From: an uncultured Enterobacterales bacterium
Lineage (GTDB): Bacteria > Myxococcota_A > UBA796 > CAJQPC01
Reading direction: 5' to 3'
Length of the DNA stretch: 64,000 nucleotides
Assembly (NCBI GenBank): GCA_964519895.1
Contig: CAZFLE010000009.1
Coordinates: forward strand, 31,610-95,609
Shown here in pieces: positions 55,279 through 64,000 of this stretch; positions within the stretch are counted from its first letter, which is position 1; each line of letters begins with the position of its first letter. Below the pieces are notes generated by a model. It was given only the letters and a program-made list of their open reading frames with translations. It was not told where the DNA came from and searched no databases. Both the position numbers and the translations under genes were made by a program.

Positions 55279-55563
55279 TCAGGAACCGCTCTCCGTGGGG
55301 GTCGGCTCGCGCTTGAAGCGGCGGCCGAGGACGGGGGTGATGGCGAGCGTCGCGAGGATTCTCAGGGGGGAAATTGCCTTGGTCGCGACGTACGCGGCCA
55401 GCAAGGTGCCGCTCGACGCGGCAGCCCCCTCGACCTCGAAGCCTGTCGAGATGGCGACCGTGAAGACCCCCATCGCCACCAGGAAGCCAGCCACGTGCAC
55501 CCCCATCGCGACGGGGCCGTACTGTTCGGTCAGCGCCTTCAGCTTGGCGAGGTTGGCCTTCAT
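55279..55563 (-). CDS. Small membrane protein, DUF1279/FAM210-like
   Basis: LKALTEQYGPVAMGVH and AAYVATKAISPLRILATLAITP; ATGA-coupled to the upstream gene. Confidence 0.65.
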   Translation of the reverse strand: MKANLAKLKALTEQYGPVAMGVHVAGFLVAMGVFTVAISTGFEVEGAAASSGTLLAAYVATKAISPLRILATLAITPVLGRRFKREPTPTESGS

Positions 55564-56810
55564 TCGGCGTCCTGGGCGTCGATGTGGGGGCGCCAGCCGG
55601 CCAGGGCGCGGGCGACGTGGTCCAGGCGGTCCTGGCCCCAGAAGAGCACACCGGCGTCGCCGTCGCTCACGTGGAAGCTGGGCACCCCGCACACACCCAG
55701 GGCCGCGGCCTGGGTCGTGTGGTCCTTCAGGCGGGACTTCAGCGCGGGGTCCTGGCAGCGGGCTGCCACCCGGGACGGGTCCAGCCCGTGTTCTTCGACC
55801 ACCTGGGCCACGACCCGGGGGTCGCCGATGTTCCGGTCATCGACCCAGGCGGCCCGGTAGAGCGCGTCCGTCAGCTCGGGATGGGCCAGGGCGGCCCGCA
55901 GGGGAGCGACCGTGCGCAGCGGAAAGGTGGACGGGAAGCGGAAGGGCACGCCCCACCAGGCGGCCCAGTCGTCCAGGTCCTGGCGGGTCCAGGCCTGGCG
56001 GGCTTCGCTGAAGCTGAACAGGGGCACGTCGGCGGTGCCGATGTCCCGGAACAGCCCCCCGAGCAGCAGGGGCACCCGCTCCAGCTCGGCCCCGTGTTCC
56101 CGGGCCAGGCGCGCGATCTGGGTGGACGCCAGGTACGAGAAGGGACTGGCGAAGTCGTGGAACCAGCGCAGGGTCGGGCGGCCCCGGCGGGGGGGTGCGG
56201 CCCGCGCCCGCGCGTGCCCCAGGGCCTGCTCGACCAGGGGGAGGCGGTCGCCTCCCCACCAGATGCGTCCCTGCCAGGTATAGGTCGGCACGCCAAAGGC
56301 GCCTTCGGCCAGGGCCTGGGCGGTGGTCTGCCACAAGGCGGCCTTGGTCTCGGGTTGGTCGATGACCGCCAGGTCCAGGCCGTGGGCCCGGGCGACCGGG
56401 GCGAGGACCGCCCGATCGGCGATGTCGCGGTTCCGGACCCAGTAGGTCTCGAAGAGGTCCTTGGCAAGAGCCGGTCGGACCGGGTCCGGCGCGGCGACCA
56501 GCAGGCGCATCGCCGAGACGCTTCGACGGGGGTGCTGGGGGTGGAATTGCAGCGCCACGCCCGCGAGCTCGGCCCGTCGGAACAGATCCAGCCCGTCCTG
56601 GCGGCGCCGGGCATCGCTCCAGGTGGTCGCCGGCTGGTCCGGTGTGCCGATGGCCTTGTAGAGCCCGCCGAGCAGCACCGGACGCCACACCAGCGGCACG
56701 CCGCAGCGGTCGGCGGCGGCCTGGACCTCGCGGCTGGCCAGCCAGGCATAGGGGCAGACCACGTCGAAGCTGAAGGTCAGCGGCTCGGCGCTCATCGGCC
56801 GGCCGATCAT
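55560..56810 (-). CDS. Tandem two-domain DsbA-like / 2-hydroxychromene-2-carboxylate isomerase (GST-kappa) family protein
   Basis: Domain 1 FSFDVVCPYAWLA through GAFGVPT and WGGDRL; domain 2 WFHDFASPFSYLA through GVCGVPSF and FWGQDRL. Confidence 0.88.
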   Translation of the reverse strand: MIGRPMSAEPLTFSFDVVCPYAWLASREVQAAADRCGVPLVWRPVLLGGLYKAIGTPDQPATTWSDARRRQDGLDLFRRAELAGVALQFHPQHPRRSVSAMRLLVAAPDPVRPALAKDLFETYWVRNRDIADRAVLAPVARAHGLDLAVIDQPETKAALWQTTAQALAEGAFGVPTYTWQGRIWWGGDRLPLVEQALGHARARAAPPRRGRPTLRWFHDFASPFSYLASTQIARLAREHGAELERVPLLLGGLFRDIGTADVPLFSFSEARQAWTRQDLDDWAAWWGVPFRFPSTFPLRTVAPLRAALAHPELTDALYRAAWVDDRNIGDPRVVAQVVEEHGLDPSRVAARCQDPALKSRLKDHTTQAAALGVCGVPSFHVSDGDAGVLFWGQDRLDHVARALAGWRPHIDAQDAE

Positions 56811-57079
56811 TCGACCGACCTCGAGCGGCGCAGCCAGCGGGCCACGATCGGGGTCGTGGCGATGGTGATCGCGACCTGGACCGGCTTGAACAGCAGGGTG
56901 ATGGTCAACGCCGCCCCCAGGGCTCCGGCGCTGCCGCTGGCGGACTCCGGCTGCCAGCCCGCCAGGATCGCCAGGGTCAGCACGGTGAAGTACAGGGTGA
57001 ACTGCCCCAGCTGGATGCAGATCGCCACGAGCCCGTACTCACGGACCAGCTCCTTGAGGCGTTCGGTCTGCAGGGGCAT
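56807..57079 (-). CDS. Small membrane protein, DUF1279/FAM210-like (second copy)
   Basis: LKELVREYGLVAICIQ and LFKPVQVAITIATTP; same layout as 55279-55563; ATGA-coupled. Confidence 0.62.
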   Translation of the reverse strand: MPLQTERLKELVREYGLVAICIQLGQFTLYFTVLTLAILAGWQPESASGSAGALGAALTITLLFKPVQVAITIATTPIVARWLRRSRSVE

Positions 57080-57160
57080 GATGGGCTGGGGCTCCACCCT
57101 GACTCGACACCTCAGGGCACCGAACCGTTCTACCCTCCTGGCATTCTTCTCGCAGGCCCC

Positions 57161-58801
57161 ATGCTCCTCGCCTTCGCCATCGCGGGACCCGCTCTGGCCT
57201 CTGGCTGGCCCACGGGCGGTCACGACACGCGACGGACCGGCCAGAGCGACGTGAGCGGCCCCCAGGACATCGCCTGGGTGCACGATCGGGTCGTGTCCGA
57301 GGTCACGGTGTTCAACGCCCCTCCGGCCGTGACCGACGACGGTCAGATGGTGTGGGGCACCTGGGGGGTGGTCCAGTCGACCGAGGCGAGCAGCGATCCC
57401 CGCACCTGGGACAAGCTCGACGGCACGGTGCTGTCCCTGGACAGCCACCTGGACACCACCTGGGACGCTTCGCCAGCCCTGGACGTGAACCCGTTCTGCT
57501 ACGACTACGACGGTCGGACCGACCTGACCTGGTGTCCCGACGGGGGCCAGGTCAGCTACCACAACGGCATCGTGGACGGCACGCCGACCCTCACGGGAGA
57601 CGGCGCGGCGTGGGTCGCCCGGGGCGACGGTCGCCTGTACGAGGTCGATCTGGCCGACGGCACGGCAGAGCGGGTGCTCACCACGTGGAACCCAGAGGAC
57701 CTCGACGACCCCGACGGGGGAGGGGGCCTGCTCGCATCGCCCCTGGCGTTGCCCGACGGGGGCGTGCTGGTCGCGTCTGTGGCCGCAGGTCCCTACGAGA
57801 CCAATGCGGTCTACGCCGTTGGCAGAGGCGGCGGTGTGCGCTGGCGCCTGCCGACCGACTCGGCCGGCTTCGACACCCCGTTCTGGGCCGCGGCCGCCCT
57901 GTCGCCGGATGGGGGCACAGCCTACGTCGCCGGATGGGCCTGGCCAGGCTTCAACGACGCCGACGAGGACCTGGCCCTGGACGGCCTGGTGATGGCGCTC
58001 GACCTGGGGGTCGACGACGACGCTGACGACAGCGACCGGATCGCCTGGCAGGCCGTGCCGATGAGTGGAGACGGCGAACCCCTCTACGTCCGCACGCTGT
58101 CGGTCGGGGCAGACGGCACGCTCTACCTGGGAGGGCTCGCCGGTGAGCCCGAGAGGCCCTGGGTCATGGCCCTCGACGCGAACGGCGACCCCCTGTGGAC
58201 CGCCGCCCTGGACCCCTCGGACACCGAGGTCGTGCGCGGGCTGGCCCTTCACGAGGACGGGGGGGCCACGGTCCGCGTGCTGGTCACCACCGGCCAGCGC
58301 GCGAGCCAGGAGCGAGAGGGCAGGCTGCACGCTCTGGACCCGACCAGCGGAGCGGTGATCTGGACCTTCGACCCCGAGGAGAACGGGGGCCGCGGCGCCC
58401 CGAGCGGCATCGCGATCGACGCAGACGGCACCGCCTGGTTCTCGACCCACGGGGCCGAGCGCAAGGGCTCGGTCTTTGCAGTCGACGCCGACGGCCAGGA
58501 GCTCTGGCACGCCTGCAGCGAGGAATACGAGGGGGCCCACCCGATCCTCACCGGTGCTGGCGACGTGGTGGTGGGCGAAGCCGACTGGCTGGAGTGTGCG
58601 CTGACGGCGCCTCTGAGCAACACCTGTCGCCCCCGGGCGACCGAGCGTGCGGTGCGCATCTGGTACGCAGACCCCGACACCGCACCCGGGGACGCCCGGA
58701 TCGCGTGGCAGTGCTGTCGCTGCGCGACGGGCGGCGGTCCGGCCACGGTGCTGCCCTGGCTGGCCTCGCTCCTGTTGGTGCGCCGGCGACGGCTGCGTTA
58801 G
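57161..58801 (+). CDS. Secreted PQQ-like beta-propeller protein with MYXO-CTERM-type sorting tail
   Basis: Signal peptide, WPTGGHDTRRTG, repeated propeller-type xxW motifs, and C-terminus CCRCATGGGPATVLPWLASLLLVRRRRLR. Confidence 0.8.
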   Translation: MLLAFAIAGPALASGWPTGGHDTRRTGQSDVSGPQDIAWVHDRVVSEVTVFNAPPAVTDDGQMVWGTWGVVQSTEASSDPRTWDKLDGTVLSLDSHLDTTWDASPALDVNPFCYDYDGRTDLTWCPDGGQVSYHNGIVDGTPTLTGDGAAWVARGDGRLYEVDLADGTAERVLTTWNPEDLDDPDGGGGLLASPLALPDGGVLVASVAAGPYETNAVYAVGRGGGVRWRLPTDSAGFDTPFWAAAALSPDGGTAYVAGWAWPGFNDADEDLALDGLVMALDLGVDDDADDSDRIAWQAVPMSGDGEPLYVRTLSVGADGTLYLGGLAGEPERPWVMALDANGDPLWTAALDPSDTEVVRGLALHEDGGATVRVLVTTGQRASQEREGRLHALDPTSGAVIWTFDPEENGGRGAPSGIAIDADGTAWFSTHGAERKGSVFAVDADGQELWHACSEEYEGAHPILTGAGDVVVGEADWLECALTAPLSNTCRPRATERAVRIWYADPDTAPGDARIAWQCCRCATGGGPATVLPWLASLLLVRRRRLR

Positions 58802-58860
58802 GACGCCACCCTTCGCGAAACCGCTGGGGGTCGGCATTCGAGCCCTCGCCAGGAGCCGCC

Positions 58861-59580
58861 TTGAGGGCTGCCTACTTCGACGTCGACGGGACCCTGGTGG
58901 GCACCAACCTGCTCCACCCGACCCTCAAGTACCTCATGACCACCGCCTCGCCGATCGAGAGCGTCCGTCGCGTGCTGGGCGCAGCCCTCGACGCGCCCAG
59001 CCTGGTGGCCGCGGAGCTCAAGGACCGCAAGCTCTTCAACGAGCGCCTGTTCTTCCACTTCAAGGGCATGAGCCAGGACCGGATGGAGTTCCTGTCGGAC
59101 GAGGTCTTCGACGCCGTCATCCGCCCCCGCATCTTTCGCGGCACCGGCGAGCTGGTCGAGCAGTGCCGCAGCGCCGGCCTGCGCATCATCCTGGTGACCG
59201 GGTCCCTGGCATGCACGGTGGCCCCGCTGGCCGCGCACCTGGGCGCGGACCAGGTCATCGCCAATCGCCTCGAGTACAAGGAGGGCTACGCCACGGGTCG
59301 GCTCATGCGCCCGGTGGTGGCCGGCCCGGAAAAGGCCCGCATCATGGTGGCCGACGCCCGCGAGCGCGGCATCGACCTGGCCGGGTCCCACGCCTACAGC
59401 GACAGCTTCTCCGACGTGCCCATGCTCTCCCTCGTCGGCCACCCCTTCTGCATCAACCCGGACGCCAAGCTGGCCAAGCTCGCCCGGAGCTACCACTGGT
59501 CGATCCTGGACATCGACCGGCCCACGCCTGGCGAGCAGGGCGTCTCCCGACGCCGCAAGGCCTTCGGCTTCTTCGGGTAG
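58861..59580 (+). CDS. HAD-IB family phosphatase (probable elb-cluster component)
   Basis: FDVDGT, LVTGS, GPEKA and AYSDSFSDVPML; TTG start at 58861. Confidence 0.88.
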   Translation: MRAAYFDVDGTLVGTNLLHPTLKYLMTTASPIESVRRVLGAALDAPSLVAAELKDRKLFNERLFFHFKGMSQDRMEFLSDEVFDAVIRPRIFRGTGELVEQCRSAGLRIILVTGSLACTVAPLAAHLGADQVIANRLEYKEGYATGRLMRPVVAGPEKARIMVADARERGIDLAGSHAYSDSFSDVPMLSLVGHPFCINPDAKLAKLARSYHWSILDIDRPTPGEQGVSRRRKAFGFFG

Positions 59581-59604
59581 CCCACACCGACCCCCCTCCA
59601 CAGG

Positions 59605-61269
59605 GTGACTCTCCAGATGTCGAACACGCACCCCTGCGTCGTCACGATCGACCACCGCTCCAAGCCCCGCGTCCTCTGGTCTGGCGACCAGCTGGTCGAG
59701 GTGGACCTGCCCGTGGGCACCCGGGTCGTGTACCCCAAGCCGCCCATGGCACCGCTCCAGGACGTCGACGCCGCCATTCGGTACGCGATCAACCACCCGC
59801 TGAACAGCGAGCCGCTGTACGCCAAGCTCCGCCCGGGCATGAAGGTCACCATCGCTCTCGACGACATCTCCCTGCCCCTGCCGCGCATGAAGCGGCCGGA
59901 CGTGCGGCAGAGGGTGCTGGAGATCGTGCTGCCCATGCTGCGCGACCACGGCGTCGACGACATCGAGATCGTCGTGGCGCTGTGCCTGCACCGCCCCATG
60001 AGCGAGGACGAGATCCGGTACATGGTCGGCGACCGCGTCATGGCCGAGTTCTGGCCGAACCGGCTCTACAACCTGGACGCCGAGAAGCCCGGGGGCATGA
60101 CCTACCTGGGCACCACCGACGCCGGAGAAGAGGTCGAGATCCAGACCCGGGCCGCCGAGAGCGACCTGATCCTGTACGTCAACGTGAACTTCGTGCCGAT
60201 GGACGGGGGGCACAAGTCCGTCGCGGTGGGCCTGTGCGGCTACCGCAGCGTCAAGCCCCACCACAACCCGCACACCATCCGCAAGTGCGACTCCTACATG
60301 GACCCCCACGCCAGCGAGCTGGCGACCCGGGTGCAGCGCATGGGGCGGCTGGTGAACAGCAAGGTCGACGTGTTCACCATCGAGACCACGCTGAACAACC
60401 GCATGTTCGACAAGCCCCTGGACTTCCTGGGCCGCAACGAGGACGACCTGTCCCCGAGCGAGGAGCGCATGCTCCGTGGCCTGGTCCGGTCGCTGAAGTT
60501 CCTGCCCCAGCCTGCCCGACAGGCCATCTTCCAGAAGGTACCGGCGCCCTATGGGGTCACCGGCGTGTTTGCCGGAGAGACCGAAGCCGTGCACGAGCGC
60601 ACCATCAGGCGCAACTACGACCAGTACCTGGTGCCGGTCGAGGGCCAGTGCGACATCATGGTCTGCGGCGTCCCGTACATCAGCCCCTACAACGTGAACA
60701 GCTACCTGAACCCGCTGCTCGTGAGCTGCATGGTCAACGGGTACCTGTTCAACCTGTACCGGGGAGCGCCGCTGGTGCGAAAGGGCGGCACGATGATCGT
60801 GTTCCACCCCTGCAGCGACAAATTCGACGCGGATCACCACCCCGCCTACATCGAGTTCTTCCACCGCATCCTGACCCAGACCCGCGACGCCGACCGGCTG
60901 CACCGGGAGTTCGAGCCCGAGTTCGCCCAGAACCCCGGCTACATTCAGCAGTACCGGACCGGGCTGGCCTATCACCCCGCCCACCCCTTCTTCATGTGGT
61001 ACTGGGGCGAGAACGGCCGGCAGCACGTGGGCCGGGTCATCGTGGTCGGGGCGGACAACGAGTACGTGCCCAGCGTGCTCGGCTACGAGACGGCGCCGAC
61101 CTTTGCCGAGGCCCTGCGCATGGCCCGGGAGACCGCGCCGCCGGACCCCGAGATCACCTGTCTGCGGGTGGTCCCGATGATGATGGCCGACGTGACCGTG
61201 CCCGAGCACGCGCGCAAGCAGGTCGAGGCCACCGCGTCGACGCCCGCCGGGGAGACGGTGGACGCGTGA
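59605..61269 (+). CDS. LarA-like N-terminal (DUF2088) domain protein (probable elb-cluster component; alternative start 59617)
   Basis: AINHPLNSEPL, KVTIALDDISLP, ALCLHRPMS, YNLDAE and MDGGHKS; GTGA-coupled to the next gene. Confidence 0.75.
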   Translation: MTLQMSNTHPCVVTIDHRSKPRVLWSGDQLVEVDLPVGTRVVYPKPPMAPLQDVDAAIRYAINHPLNSEPLYAKLRPGMKVTIALDDISLPLPRMKRPDVRQRVLEIVLPMLRDHGVDDIEIVVALCLHRPMSEDEIRYMVGDRVMAEFWPNRLYNLDAEKPGGMTYLGTTDAGEEVEIQTRAAESDLILYVNVNFVPMDGGHKSVAVGLCGYRSVKPHHNPHTIRKCDSYMDPHASELATRVQRMGRLVNSKVDVFTIETTLNNRMFDKPLDFLGRNEDDLSPSEERMLRGLVRSLKFLPQPARQAIFQKVPAPYGVTGVFAGETEAVHERTIRRNYDQYLVPVEGQCDIMVCGVPYISPYNVNSYLNPLLVSCMVNGYLFNLYRGAPLVRKGGTMIVFHPCSDKFDADHHPAYIEFFHRILTQTRDADRLHREFEPEFAQNPGYIQQYRTGLAYHPAHPFFMWYWGENGRQHVGRVIVVGADNEYVPSVLGYETAPTFAEALRMARETAPPDPEITCLRVVPMMMADVTVPEHARKQVEATASTPAGETVDA

Positions 61270-64000
61270 CGACCCAGTCCCCAGCGCCCCTGGACCCTCG
61301 GGTCCTGATGACCGGTGGCCGCTTCCTGGTCATCGGGGGCACCGGCTTCCTGGGCAAGGTCTTCCTGAGCATGATGCTGGATCGCTACGGCGAGCAGATC
61401 GACAGGTTCTACCTGGTCTGCCGGGCCCGCAAGACCCAGACCAGCGAGGAGCGCTTCACCGCGGAGATCCTGCCGAATGGCGTGTTCGATCCGCTGCGGG
61501 CCAAGCTGGGCGATGGCTACGAGTCGTGGATGCGGGACAAGATCGTGCCCATCGACGGCGACGTGACCCGGGAGTTCGGCGGCGTCAGCCAGGCGGTTCG
61601 GGACCAGGTCCGCGGCACTCTGAGCGCCATCGTCAACGTGGCGGGGGTGGTCGACTTCAACCCGCCGCTGGACTACGCCCTGAACTCCAACGCCTATGGG
61701 GCCAAGCAGCTCGTGCAGCTCTGCCGTGACGTGGGCAGTCCCCCGTTCATGCACACGTCGACCTGCTACGTGGCCGGCGACCGGACCGGGCAGATCGAAG
61801 AGGTCCACCCCCTCGAGCATCCCTTCCCCAAGCACGGCACGCTGGACGCCGGACACTGGGACCCAGAGCGAGAGATCGCCGAGTGCGCCGACCAGGTCGA
61901 GAGCACCCGCACCCGCCTCAGGGACGCCTTTCGCCAGAGCCACTTCCACGACCAGACCCTCAAGAACCTCAAGGCCAAGGGCGAGCCCACCCGGGGGACG
62001 CCGTTCGACGACGAGCTCAAGCGCGTCAAGCGGGGCTTCGAGAACGAGCACCTGGTCGCGGCCGGTCTCGAGCGCGCCAAATTCTGGGGCTGGCACAACG
62101 TCTACACGTACACCAAGAGCATCGGCGAGCAGATCTTCTGTGCCTCGGGCATCCCGCTGACCATCGTGCGTCCTGCGGTCATCGAGTCGGCCTTGAACTA
62201 CCCGTCTGTGGGCTGGACGGAGGGCATCAACACCTCCAGCCCGCTCATCTACCTGGCTCTCAAGGGCTACCACCGCTTCCCGGCGTCCAAGGAGTCGATC
62301 CTGGACATCATCCCGGTGGACCTGGTGGCCAGCGGCATGATCCTGGCGCTCTCGGAGCTGCTGGACGGCACCGCCAAGCCCGTCTACCAGCTGGGCAGCT
62401 CCGAGCGGAACCCCCTCTACATGTACCGCTTCATCGAGCTCTTCTCGCTCTTCAAGCGGCGCTACTACCGGGAAGAAGCCGGCGGCTCGGCCCTGGCGAA
62501 TTTCATCCAGGCCCAGTTCGGATCGGTCGCCATCTCGGCGGACCACTACTACAGGACCGGCCCGACGGTGATCGCCGAGAAGACCAAGCAGGCCTCGGGC
62601 TTCCTCAAGAAGCTCAGCGGCCAGGTCCTGGCGCTCAAGCCGCTGTTGGACCCGGCGGCCAAGAGCCTCTCGGCGTTCTCCAGGAACAGCACCATCACGG
62701 CCCGCATCCTGGATCAGTTCGTGCCCTTCACGGCCACCCACACCTACCGCTTCGTGGCCAAGAACACGCGCGAGGCCTGGGAGCGGGTGCCCGAAGACCA
62801 ACAGGCCGGGCTGCCCTGGGACCCGGACCAGATCGACTGGCGGCACTACATGATCGAGGTGCACATGCCGGGCGTGGTCCGGCACGTGATGCCGCAGATC
62901 GAGGAGAAGATCAACAAGCCCAAGAAGCCGCTCCGTCGCAACGACGACCTGCTGGCCTTCCTGGACGAGGTCGCCGAGCGCTTCGAGTTCGCGCCGGCAC
63001 TGCTCAAGCCGCACGACGCGGGCTTCGAGCGGTTGAGCTACGCCGATCTGCGGGCTCGGGCCCAGTCCACGGGCGCCCGGCTGGTGCGTCAGGGGGTGAA
63101 GCCCGGAGACCGGGTCATCCTGTCCGGACTCAACGACCCCATGTGGCCGGTGGCGTGGTTCGGCGTGCTGCTGGCGGGGGCGGTGGTGGTCCCCGTCGAT
63201 CCGGCCCTGAGCGCGGCAGCGGCCAAGAACATCGGCGAGACCAGCGGCGCAGCCCTGGCGGTGCTGGACGACAAGGCCCTGGACGCGTTCGGCATGGGCC
63301 TGACCTGTGGCATCGTGGACCTGTACGACGCGACAGCGGACGGCCACGCCGACGAGCTGCCCCAGCTGGACGTCCAGCCCGACGACGTGGCGAGCATCCT
63401 GTTCACCAGCGGCACCACCGGGGTGCCCAAGGGCGTGATGCTCACCCACCGGAACTTCACGTCGCTGCTGGCCAGCTTGAGCCGCATCTTCGAGGTCGAC
63501 GAGTCCGACCGCATGCTGTCGGTGCTGCCGCTGCACCACACCTTCGAGTTCACCTGTGGCCTGTTGCTGCCCCTGTCCTATGGCTGTCGGGTCACCTACC
63601 TGACCGAGCTCACCGGCGACGCGCTCTCCAAGACCCTCAAGGACGGCCGCATCACCGTCATGGTCGGCGTGCCGGCGCTGTGGCAGCTGCTCGAGCGGCG
63701 CATCAAGGGCCAGGTCGAGGAGCAGGCAGCGCCCGTACGGCTGGTCTTCGACGCGGGCATGGCGCTCAACCGCATGGTCGGCCGGGCCACGGGCCTGGAC
63801 ATCGGCAAGCTGATGTTCGGCCAGGTGCACGAGCGGCTGGGCGGCAACATCCGCATCCTGATCTCCGGGGGCGCGGCGCTGCCCAAGGACACCCACCACT
63901 TCTTCAGCGGGCTGGGCCTACACCTGACCGAGGGCTACGGCCTGACCGAGGCCGCGCCGGTGCTGGCTGTGGCGGCGACGGGACCGGGGATCGCGCCCGG
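61266..64000 (+). CDS. elbD: Multidomain fatty acyl reductase + AMP-binding acyl-activating enzyme, ElbD-like (truncated at the right edge)
   Basis: GGTGFLGKV, STCYVAG, YTYTKSIGE, VRPAVIES and IPVDLV (FAR), followed by LFTSGTTGVPKGV, SVLPLHHTFE and EGYGLTE (adenylation). Absent from the ORF track because there is no stop in the window. Confidence 0.8.
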   Translation, partial: MTTQSPAPLDPRVLMTGGRFLVIGGTGFLGKVFLSMMLDRYGEQIDRFYLVCRARKTQTSEERFTAEILPNGVFDPLRAKLGDGYESWMRDKIVPIDGDVTREFGGVSQAVRDQVRGTLSAIVNVAGVVDFNPPLDYALNSNAYGAKQLVQLCRDVGSPPFMHTSTCYVAGDRTGQIEEVHPLEHPFPKHGTLDAGHWDPEREIAECADQVESTRTRLRDAFRQSHFHDQTLKNLKAKGEPTRGTPFDDELKRVKRGFENEHLVAAGLERAKFWGWHNVYTYTKSIGEQIFCASGIPLTIVRPAVIESALNYPSVGWTEGINTSSPLIYLALKGYHRFPASKESILDIIPVDLVASGMILALSELLDGTAKPVYQLGSSERNPLYMYRFIELFSLFKRRYYREEAGGSALANFIQAQFGSVAISADHYYRTGPTVIAEKTKQASGFLKKLSGQVLALKPLLDPAAKSLSAFSRNSTITARILDQFVPFTATHTYRFVAKNTREAWERVPEDQQAGLPWDPDQIDWRHYMIEVHMPGVVRHVMPQIEEKINKPKKPLRRNDDLLAFLDEVAERFEFAPALLKPHDAGFERLSYADLRARAQSTGARLVRQGVKPGDRVILSGLNDPMWPVAWFGVLLAGAVVVPVDPALSAAAAKNIGETSGAALAVLDDKALDAFGMGLTCGIVDLYDATADGHADELPQLDVQPDDVASILFTSGTTGVPKGVMLTHRNFTSLLASLSRIFEVDESDRMLSVLPLHHTFEFTCGLLLPLSYGCRVTYLTELTGDALSKTLKDGRITVMVGVPALWQLLERRIKGQVEEQAAPVRLVFDAGMALNRMVGRATGLDIGKLMFGQVHERLGGNIRILISGGAALPKDTHHFFSGLGLHLTEGYGLTEAAPVLAVAATGPGIAP

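Noticed and set aside
58798-63899. 803-aa and 938-aa minus-strand ORFs
   Set aside because: Antisense shadows of the HAD, LarA-like and ElbD-like genes.

Overview
High-GC (roughly 70% by eye) chromosomal window, most likely from a Myxococcota bacterium. Supporting signs are a MYXO-CTERM protein, an elb-type ether-lipid cluster and a Myxococcus-type LexA box. Left to right: (1) a minus-strand cinA-recA-pilT-alaS block with a LexA box over its promoter and a 187-bp four-motif inverted-repeat element between pilT and alaS; (2) a tightly coupled 12-gene plus-strand operon (about 6300-19106) encoding a flagellar-type MotA/MotB stator, a single-chain protein that looks like a FliF ring domain + TM helix + FliG middle/C-terminal domains, three predicted outer-membrane beta-barrel proteins, three lipoproteins, a TPR-like protein and a TonB-C-like protein, with no flagellar genes in the window; (3) ruvX and three envelope proteins; (4) a roughly 19-kb Wza/Wzc/Wzi capsule/EPS locus rich in modifying enzymes; (5) a convergent bcsA-B-Z-C cellulose-synthase-type operon whose BcsA has an unusual C-terminal extension; (6) small membrane and redox genes, a MYXO-CTERM beta-propeller, and the start of an elb-type cluster. 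The standout candidate new system is the operon in (2), a putative non-flagellar ion-driven rotary motor spanning the envelope. Family assignments come from motif recognition by eye; no searches were run. No tRNA, rRNA, CRISPR array or transposase was seen.
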